Assembly (NCBI GenBank): GCA_965215895.1
Contig: OZ244130.1
Location: 2,336,157 to 2,400,156, forward strand
From: Vicinamibacterales bacterium
Lineage (GTDB): Bacteria; Acidobacteriota; Vicinamibacteria; Vicinamibacterales; UBA8438
Length of the DNA stretch: 64,000 bases
Direction: 5' to 3'
The first letter of the stretch is position 1. Every line of letters starts with the position of its first letter. The notes under the pieces are model-generated. The model was not told the DNA's origin. It saw nothing but the letters and a program-made list of their open reading frames with translations, and searched no databases. This document shows positions 57,417-64,000 of this stretch, one piece after another. The position numbers and the translations under genes are program-made.

Positions 57417-59447
57417 ATGTTGTGGCCCGCCTGGCTTTGCCGCATCGTTCCCTACCTTGGCCGCCGGCGGGCCGAGAAGGACATAGAGGACGAGATGCGC
57501 CTGCATCTCGAGCTCGAGCGCGACCGGCAGATCGACGCCGGCCTCACCCCCGCGGCGGCGGCCCGCGCCGCCCGCCGCAGGCTCGGGAACCCGGCGCTGA
57601 TTCGCGAGGACACGCGCGCCGTCTGGGGGTGGCGCTGGCTCGACGGCCTCGGCCGCGACGTGCGTCACGTGGCGCGCGGGCTGCGCCGGAGCCCGGGATT
57701 CACCGCCACCGTGGTTGCGGTGCTCGCGCTGGGCATCGGGGTGACGACGGCGGTCTTCTCGCTCGTCCACGGCGTGCTGCTGGCGCCGCTGCCGTTCCGC
57801 GATCCCGCGCAGCTCGTGACGGTGCAGATCCACGTCCGCGAGATGGAGGACCGGTTCCCCGCGTTCCCCGCCAGCCTCCGGGCGCTCGAGGCGTGGACCC
57901 GGTGCCGGGACGTCTGCTCCGGCGTCGCGGCGGTCCGCCCTGCGCGGTCGACCCTGGTGAACGCAGGCGAGCCCCGGAGCCTGCAGGGCGCGCAGGTGAC
58001 GGCGAACTTCTTCGATCTGCTCGGGGTGGCTCCGGCCATCGGCCGGACATTCCAGGCTGCCGACGCGGCCGTCGGCGGTCCCGGTGTCGCGATTCTCACG
58101 CACGGTCTGTGGCAGGGGGCGTTCGGCGGCGATTCCCGTATCGTCGGGCGCGTGCTCGCGCTGGAGGACGAGCGGGTCGAGGTGATCGGCGTGCTGCCCG
58201 AGTCGTTCTGGCTGCCCGACCTGGAGCGGCTCATGCCGCTGTCGTCCGGCGGGACCGGCGCCGCGGAGATCTTCCGGCCGCTCCGCTACCCGCCGGAGCG
58301 GGCGCGCCGGTTCGGGGAGTTCGACTATCCCGCGCTCGTGCGTCTGGCTCCGGGCGCCACGGCGGAGCAGGCCCTTCCGGAGCTCACGGCGCTGACGCGC
58401 GAGGCCTTTCGCGAGTTCCCGTTCACGATCACCCCCATCGTCAAGCCCCTCGACCTGCAGATCGTCGGCGACGTGCGGGCCGCGCTGTGGTGGTTGCTGG
58501 CCGCGGTCGGGGCAGTGTTCCTCGTCGCGTGCGTCAACGTGGCGAGCCTGCTGTCGGCGCGCGGCCTGCGCCGGCGGCACGAGCTCGCGGTCCGGAGCGC
58601 GGTGGGCGGCGGCACCGCCGATCTGGTGCGTCATACCCTCGCCGAGAGCGCCCTGTTGGCGGGGCTCGGCGGGGTCTCGGGCGTGGGCGTTGCGCACGCC
58701 GGTCTGCGTCTTGCGGTCGCCCTCGCGCCGTTGGACGTCCCGCGCCTCGGCGAGGCCGCGGTCGGCGGTCTCGCGCTGGCGATGGCCGCGGGAGCGGCCG
58801 CGGTTTGCGCGATCGGCTGCGGCATTCCGCCGGCGTGGCGCGCGAGCCGCACCGCCCCCGCCGCCGTGCTCAGGGCCGACGCGCGCGCCGGCAGCGACCG
58901 CTCATGGCGCCGGCTCGGCGACCTCCTGGTGGGCGCGCAGGTGGCGCTGACCGTCGTGCTGCTGGTGGCGGGCGGCCTGCTGCTGGCCAGCTTCGTGCGG
59001 TTGATGCAGGTCGATCGGGGGTTCGACCCGGCCTCGGTCGTCGCCATCGATCTGAATCTGCCGGGCTCCCGCTACGACCCCGGCCGCCGCACGCAGTTCC
59101 ATGACGATCTCCTGGCCCGACTGGCGGGCGCGGCGGGCATCGCGTCGGCCGGGATCACCCAGCGTCTCCCCCTGGAGGGAGAGGCGTTCGTCGAGGCGCT
59201 CGTGCCGGCGGGTGAGACGCCCTCGGACCCGGCCGCGCTGGCCGCCCTCGTGGGCAACTACCGTTTCGTCAGCCCGGCCGACTTCGGGACCCTCGGGATG
59301 GTCCTGACGCGCGGCCGCCTCTTCACCGAGCAGGATCGCACCCGCCCGGTTGCCGTCGTCACCGAGCAGACCGCGTCGCGGCTCTGGCCCGGCCAGGATC
59401 CCATAGGCCGGCGCTTTCTCCGGGTGGGGGGATACGGCGGGACGTGA
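57417..59447 (+). CDS. ADOP-type duplicated FtsX/MacB-like permease, apparently 3'-truncated
   Basis: The N-terminus (...GRRRAEKDIEDEMRLHLELERDRQIDAGLTPAAAARAARRRLGNPALIRED...) is typical of PadR-linked ADOP permeases. The first FtsX module and the start of the second periplasmic domain are present. The ORF stops at 676 aa, before a second FtsX module. Confidence 0.7.
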   Translation: MLWPAWLCRIVPYLGRRRAEKDIEDEMRLHLELERDRQIDAGLTPAAAARAARRRLGNPALIREDTRAVWGWRWLDGLGRDVRHVARGLRRSPGFTATVVAVLALGIGVTTAVFSLVHGVLLAPLPFRDPAQLVTVQIHVREMEDRFPAFPASLRALEAWTRCRDVCSGVAAVRPARSTLVNAGEPRSLQGAQVTANFFDLLGVAPAIGRTFQAADAAVGGPGVAILTHGLWQGAFGGDSRIVGRVLALEDERVEVIGVLPESFWLPDLERLMPLSSGGTGAAEIFRPLRYPPERARRFGEFDYPALVRLAPGATAEQALPELTALTREAFREFPFTITPIVKPLDLQIVGDVRAALWWLLAAVGAVFLVACVNVASLLSARGLRRRHELAVRSAVGGGTADLVRHTLAESALLAGLGGVSGVGVAHAGLRLAVALAPLDVPRLGEAAVGGLALAMAAGAAAVCAIGCGIPPAWRASRTAPAAVLRADARAGSDRSWRRLGDLLVGAQVALTVVLLVAGGLLLASFVRLMQVDRGFDPASVVAIDLNLPGSRYDPGRRTQFHDDLLARLAGAAGIASAGITQRLPLEGEAFVEALVPAGETPSDPAALAALVGNYRFVSPADFGTLGMVLTRGRLFTEQDRTRPVAVVTEQTASRLWPGQDPIGRRFLRVGGYGGT

Positions 59448-59562
59448 GGCGGCGGGAATCCCGAACCTCCACCCTGGCGACGAACGCCGTTGCGGCTGTC
59501 GCAGGTCGGGCGAGGTGGGTGTCGCCGGGGCCGGGTCGCCGGCCCCGACGGAGCGAGCGGGT

Positions 59563-60024
59563 CTACTGCGCCTCGGTGATCATGATGGCTTCGAGATCGT
59601 CGGTGTCGCTCGGAAGCTCCATGGCGCCGGCCGGCACGTTGTTCTTCATGAGCAGGTAGGCGGAGATATCCGCGTAGCCCGACGGACTCAGGCTGGCCGG
59701 AGCGCCCTGCGGCATGGTGGTGCGGATGGCGGTGTACATGTCGCTGATCGACAGATCGCTCCACCGGAAGAAGAAGGACGAGCCGACCAGCGACGGCGCG
59801 ATGCCGTCACCCATCAGATCGTCGAGGTGGCACGCCGCGCACTCCTGCTCGTAGGTGCGCTGGCCGCGGGAGGCCTGCTCCTCGGTATATACGCCGTCCC
59901 AGATGGTCTGGTCCTGGGCGGCAAGGTTCGTCGTGAACGATGCCGCAAGGCAGAGTGCTGCAAGCAGGAACACCGCGGGGAAGCGGCGACCGGGGTTGAT
60001 GGACGGATTCCGCATTTCTCTCAT
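59563..60024 (-). CDS. Secreted monoheme cytochrome c
   Basis: Signal peptide, CAACH heme site, and a distal Met candidate (IRTTMPQG). Confidence 0.7.
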   Translation of the reverse strand: MREMRNPSINPGRRFPAVFLLAALCLAASFTTNLAAQDQTIWDGVYTEEQASRGQRTYEQECAACHLDDLMGDGIAPSLVGSSFFFRWSDLSISDMYTAIRTTMPQGAPASLSPSGYADISAYLLMKNNVPAGAMELPSDTDDLEAIMITEAQ

Positions 60025-60287
60025 ACCTCGTCTGTCTCGCGGCGATCAGAGGCGGCATCGCCGCCCGGTTGACGCCGGTTGCCGAAGGGTGTACGCCGGC
60101 AGACACCGCCGTATGCGCTCGTACGGGGTCTCGCGCGCCCCGGGGCGGCTCGAAGTGACGTAAGCACCTGACCGCGGGCGGCGCGACGAGACCGAACCGG
60201 GACGAACTATATCATCCTCATTGCGATTCACGGCAGGGGGCCGTTCGGCCTTTCGGCGTCGGTTGCGCGCCCCCCGCGGGCGGCCGG

Positions 60288-61307
60288 CTACTTCCCGTCG
60301 ATCAGGTTGCCGAGACCGAACGCGTGGTCCAGCACCGAGCCTTCACCCTGGCGGCGACCGCCGGTCTGCGGCGCCGCCTTGTAGATCCGGTCGGCGAGGC
60401 GGCTCAGGGGCAGCGACTGCAACCACACCTGGCCCGGACCGGTGAGATGGGCGAGGAACAGCCCTTCGCCCCCGAACAGCGCAGTCTTGACGCCCCCCGC
60501 CAGTTGAATGTCGTAGGTCACGCTGGGCTGCAGCGCCACGAGGCAGCCGGTATCGACCCGCAGCGTTTCTCCCGGCTCCAGGTCCATCTGGTGCACGCTG
60601 CCCCCGGCATGCAGAAACGAGAGGCCGTCGCCCTCCAGGCGCTGCATGATGAACCCTTCGCCGCCGAAGAGCCCCACGCCGATCTTCTTCTGGAAGGCGA
60701 TGCCGATCGAGACGCCCTTGGCCGCGCAGAGAAAGGCGTCCTTCTGGCAGATGAGCTCGCCGCCCAACTGGCTCAGGTCCATCGGGAGGATCTTGCCGGC
60801 GTACGGCGCGGCGAAGGCCACCCGTTCCTTCCCGCGGGCGTTGTTGGTGAACACCGTCATGAACAGGCTCTCGCCGGTGAGCAGGCGTTTCCCGGCGCCG
60901 AGCAGCTTGTTCATGAACCCGCTCTGCGGGGCCTCGCTGCCGTCCCCGAACACCGTCTCCATGGCGATGCCGCTGTGCATGTACATCATCCCTCCCGCTT
61001 CCGCGACCGCGCTCTCGCCGGGGTCGAGCTCGATCTCGACGTACTGCATCTCGACGCCCTCGATGCGGTAGTCGATCTCGTGGGCGACGCGGCCCGCCGG
61101 CACCGGCAGCACGGAGCGGACTTCCGCCGGAAGGTGCGCGCGAAGCCGCGGGACATCCCCGAGGGCGGTCCAGTTGGCCATGCCGGCGGTATAGACCAGG
61201 GTCGATTCGTCGGCGTCGCCGTTCCGGATGTCCTCGGCCAGATCCGCCTCCGACAGCGGGCCGATCTGTTGCCCGTCCAGGGCCTTGTACCACTGTTGGT
61301 CCGACAT
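60288..61307 (-). CDS. GYF_2 domain + TIGR00266/AIM24-family protein
   Basis: ATG 61307 in ORF 60288..61700. N-terminus [25 protein letters not shown]...[17 protein letters not shown], then the DUF124-type body ([27 protein letters not shown]...[25 protein letters not shown]). Confidence 0.8.
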   Translation of the reverse strand: MSDQQWYKALDGQQIGPLSEADLAEDIRNGDADESTLVYTAGMANWTALGDVPRLRAHLPAEVRSVLPVPAGRVAHEIDYRIEGVEMQYVEIELDPGESAVAEAGGMMYMHSGIAMETVFGDGSEAPQSGFMNKLLGAGKRLLTGESLFMTVFTNNARGKERVAFAAPYAGKILPMDLSQLGGELICQKDAFLCAAKGVSIGIAFQKKIGVGLFGGEGFIMQRLEGDGLSFLHAGGSVHQMDLEPGETLRVDTGCLVALQPSVTYDIQLAGGVKTALFGGEGLFLAHLTGPGQVWLQSLPLSRLADRIYKAAPQTGGRRQGEGSVLDHAFGLGNLIDGK

Positions 61308-61506
61308 CGATTCTCTCCTCGTCGTCCCGCCGCCGGCGCCGCGCGGCGGGATTGGGGTTCCGCGGGCACGTGCTATTCTGACAGGCCTCGCAGCCATCAG
61401 GGCCGCCCCGACCGGCGCCCCCGCCCGTCGGTACAGTCTGGGGATACGCGAAGGGCGGCGTCGCGGTTCCCGCCGGTCGCGGACGGAACGGGAGACAGTG
61501 ACCCGC

Positions 61507-62394
61507 GTGGAGAGCGTTGGCGGCGTGGTTCCCGGCGGCCCGACGTCCGGGACGTGCGCGGTCAGCAGCCGGTTCTTCGCCGACGTGGCGTCGTTCGCCC
61601 GCCTCCGGGCCGTCAAGCTGTATCGGCTGCAGGTCGATGTCGCCGCCGCGGTTCCCCGCCTGCCCTGTCTCGACCACGAGGCGGTGCTCCACGAGGGCAT
61701 CGCGCCCCACGCGGCCGCCTACATCGAGGACCCCGAGACCGGCGAGCTGCAGGAGCTGGTGCTGATCCCGTCCCGGCGCCGCATCGAGGTGGACCCCGCC
61801 TCGACGCTGCACGAGCACACGGAGGCGGGACGGGATCGGCTGATCGCCCGGCTGCGCACCCGGTTTCCGGACTTCACGGTGGTGGTCGAGGGGGTGTCCT
61901 GGCTCCGCGGCGACCGGCGGGTGGCGCGGGCGTGCCGGGCCCAGGTTACCCTGCGCGACGTCCTGCTCGGGGCCGACTTCGACGGCATCGCCCGCGGCCT
62001 GGAGCGGCTGCGGACCGTGGCGGCGTTGATGGAGAAGCAGTCGCGGGTGGCGTCCTGGAGCGTCCGCACCGTCACCGGACCGTTCCTGGCCGCGGTGGGG
62101 TTCGTCGTCTACCAGGGCCTCGGACGCCTCGCGCCGGAGCTGGGCGAAGCGGCCGTGAACGCGCTGCAGGCGCTGGTGCTGGGTATCGCCGGCGCCGTGT
62201 TTCTCTACTACGGCCTGCGCGCGGTCCACCTGACGGAAATGGCCAACCGGGTGTGGAAGCGGGCGGCGGAGTACGGCCTCATCGTCGCCGAGCGCCGGCG
62301 GCTGGCCGATAACGGAGGGAGCCCGGATCGCCTCGATTCACCGGCCGACCGCACGGGACCGCCGCTGGAGCGCTCCCCGCGCCCCGACGCCTGA
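61507..62394 (+). CDS. Hypothetical protein with C-terminal membrane helices
   Basis: Very high third-position G/C across ORF 61228..62394. The start is uncertain (GTG 61507 chosen). TM-like segments: [15 protein letters not shown] and [19 protein letters not shown]. Confidence 0.45.
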   Translation: MESVGGVVPGGPTSGTCAVSSRFFADVASFARLRAVKLYRLQVDVAAAVPRLPCLDHEAVLHEGIAPHAAAYIEDPETGELQELVLIPSRRRIEVDPASTLHEHTEAGRDRLIARLRTRFPDFTVVVEGVSWLRGDRRVARACRAQVTLRDVLLGADFDGIARGLERLRTVAALMEKQSRVASWSVRTVTGPFLAAVGFVVYQGLGRLAPELGEAAVNALQALVLGIAGAVFLYYGLRAVHLTEMANRVWKRAAEYGLIVAERRRLADNGGSPDRLDSPADRTGPPLERSPRPDA

Positions 62395-62468
62395 TCGGCC
62401 GGCAGACCCGCAGGGAGCGCCGCCGCCGCGGCGCCCCCCGAACCAGTGCAGATGAGTGTCGTGCGGCG

Positions 62469-63239
62469 TCAGGGCTGGTCCGACAGCGGCAGCAGCAACT
62501 GACTCCCCGGCGGCCGCTGCACGTCGAACGCCTTGAGGGTGTAGTTCACCAGCGTGTAGTGGCCGACCAGGCCCACCAGGTCCACTATCCCCTGGTTTCC
62601 GAACAGTCGCTGGGCGGCTTCGAAGGTCTCGGCGCTGAGCTTCGGTTCGCGGATCAGCTCGCGGGTGGCCTCGATGATCGTGCGCTCCACCTCGCCCAGT
62701 CCCGGCAGCCCCTCCCCGTCCTCCACCGGCCGGTCGTAGCGGAGCAGGTCGATGATCGCCTCCTCGAGCCCGGCCCTGCGCCCGAGCCCTTCGTGGGCCG
62801 ACCACTCGTACTGGCTGTCCAGGGAACGCGCGGCGGTCAGAATGGCCAGCTCGGCCAGGCGCTGGTCCCGCGCGCCGTCCGCGCCGAAGCGCAGATAGGA
62901 GCTGGCCGGAAACAGATGCTCGGCCATCGGCGGGCTGTACAGCCACATCCCGATGGGGCCGCGCGGCCCGCTCGCGTAGCGGCTGTCCGGATTCACGATG
63001 ATGTCGAAGACGCGCCGGCCCTCCGCGTCGAGCGTCTCGCGCTGGATGGTGGGCAGCCGCGCCCAGGAGTCTTCATGGATGTCCGGCGGAATGTCGGCCG
63101 GGGTGACCTCGTGGGGCGTGAACGGCTCCTGCCCGGCCGGTTCGCCCGCCGCGCGGGCCGCGGGGGTCTCCAGGGTGACATACAGGCCGCCCACCGCGAG
63201 CAGGGCGGCGGAGCTCAGGATGACGAGCATACGCAACAT
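62469..63239 (-). CDS. Carboxymuconolactone decarboxylase (CMD/AhpD-like) family protein, secreted
   Basis: Signal peptide, plus LAELAILTAARSLDSQYEWSAHEGLGRRAGL and IVDLVGLVGHYTLVNYTL, which are typical of the CMD family. Confidence 0.65.
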   Translation of the reverse strand: MLRMLVILSSAALLAVGGLYVTLETPAARAAGEPAGQEPFTPHEVTPADIPPDIHEDSWARLPTIQRETLDAEGRRVFDIIVNPDSRYASGPRGPIGMWLYSPPMAEHLFPASSYLRFGADGARDQRLAELAILTAARSLDSQYEWSAHEGLGRRAGLEEAIIDLLRYDRPVEDGEGLPGLGEVERTIIEATRELIREPKLSAETFEAAQRLFGNQGIVDLVGLVGHYTLVNYTLKAFDVQRPPGSQLLLPLSDQP

Positions 63240-63380
63240 CAGAGGACCTCCATCGAAGGCGCCGCGGCCCCGCGGCGCGGTCTGGGACCCTGGGGAGCGC
63301 GGTACGCGCGGTCAGCCGAACCGCCTGCACCGCCGGGGCTCCCGCGAGTCCGGTCGTATGCTCTCCCGGTACGGTCCCCC

Positions 63381-63493
63381 CTGGCAAGCACCGGACGCGG
63401 CAGCCCGCCGCCGCGGGGGCGGGCACACGTCGGACACGGAGAGCCGCCAGAAGGCACTGGCAAGCACCGGACGCGGCAGCCCGCCGCCGCGGG
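63381..63493. repeat. Perfect 37-nt direct repeat, two copies 76 bp apart
   Basis: CTGGCAAGCACCGGACGCGGCAGCCCGCCGCCGCGGG lies at 63381-63417 and 63457-63493. Downstream, GGTCGGGCGGCAAGAGGAGCTGCCGGCGACG (about 63508-63538) resembles the 20.5-kb repeat unit. Confidence 0.8.
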
Positions 63494-63717
63494 CCTGGCA
63501 GGGGCCGGTCGGGCGGCAAGAGGAGCTGCCGGCGACGCCGTCCGGGCTGGGAGCCCGTGGCAGGCTCCGCGGTTTCAGCACGGGCCTGCGGTCGCCGGCG
63601 GAAGTTGCCGTCTGCGTCCGGTGCAGCGCCGGGCTCTCTTGCCCGGCCACGGTCGCCGCCGCGTACCCGGGTGCAACCTCGAGCCGTTCGCCGCGAGCGG
63701 CCGGACCCCGGTGCGAT

Positions 63718-64000
63718 TCACAGCCTCCAGCTCGCGAGCCGGTCCCGGCAGGTGCAGAAACGGCCGAGCCGGCAGAGGGCGGTTTCTACGACCGGAAAGT
63801 GGAACGGCGCCGTCGTTATCGGCCGGGGTCCGATGCCGATGGTCACGTGCGGATCGTAGCGGGCGTAGCTCGAGTGCTCGCGGAACCCCGTGACCCAGGC
63901 GGCGTCGGCGGGCCGGGCCGGCGCCGCGTCCGACTGGAACGCGGCCACGCCGCCCGCGACCTCGTGGTGCCGCAGTGCGTCCATCAACTGCTCGTGAAGC
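63718..64000 (-). CDS. 2H phosphoesterase (2'-5' RNA ligase-like) family protein, 5' end outside the window
   Basis: The frame is open to the window edge (...LHEQLMDALRHHEV...). The second H-x-T-x motif is present in YDPHVTIGIG. Confidence 0.5.
   Translation of the reverse strand, partial: LHEQLMDALRHHEVAGGVAAFQSDAAPARPADAAWVTGFREHSSYARYDPHVTIGIGPRPITTAPFHFPVVETALCRLGRFCTCRDRLASWRL

Noticed and set aside
63381-63493. Possible CRISPR array, suggested by perfect direct repeats with a spacer-sized gap.
   Set aside because: There are only two copies of a 37-nt repeat. No cas genes are in the window. The flanks belong to a dispersed palindromic repeat family also seen at 17.6 and 20.5 kb.

Overview
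This is a high-G+C chromosomal fragment. The VWFA-related acidobacterial-type protein and the PadR + ADOP-type duplicated permease pair suggest Acidobacteriota, but that is inference only. The window has three parts.

(1) 1-24.1 kb is a housekeeping backbone: era end, two c-type cytochromes, mgtE, recO, glyQ/glyS, mutL, rarA, a TrmH-family methyltransferase, greA, a patatin-like protein, a DHH phosphoesterase, a VWA protein, uvrB, tRNA-Val(CAC), hpt, tatA and a DASS transporter. It also holds a peroxiredoxin whose peroxidatic Cys codon is an in-frame TGA followed by a hairpin, so it is a candidate selenoprotein.

(2) About 24.1-40.5 kb is a mosaic, heavily decayed accessory island. It contains:
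- transposase remnants
- an intact-looking type II R-M pair
- a Uma2 nuclease
- an autotransporter barrel remnant
- an AT-rich orphan gene with an R-x4-H (HEPN-like) motif
- an MmeI-like DNA methyltransferase split by an IS4-family element with an 11-bp target duplication
- an XRE / LexA-like regulatory module
- a multiply frameshifted P4-type integrase followed by iteron-like repeats
- a second AT-rich orphan gene with a nucleoside-2-deoxyribosyltransferase/TIR-like head
- degraded TA-like cassettes, including higA with only a stump of higB

(3) 40.5-64 kb carries two ABC half-transporters and a complete quinohemoprotein amine dehydrogenase gene set (qhpA-D-C-B, plus divergent qhpG and qhpF/qhpE-like genes). 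This set is interrupted by a small insertion (AlbA_2 fragment + ParA-like ATPase). It is followed by a ClC channel, PadR, a truncated ADOP permease, a cytochrome c, a GYF/TIGR00266 protein, a CMD-family protein and a 2H phosphoesterase.

A dispersed palindromic repeat family occurs at 17.6, 20.5-20.7 and 63.4 kb. The best candidates for something undescribed are the two compositionally foreign orphan genes (37510-38709 and 28357-29238). All family calls come from reading the translations by eye. No searches were run, and G+C statements are visual estimates.
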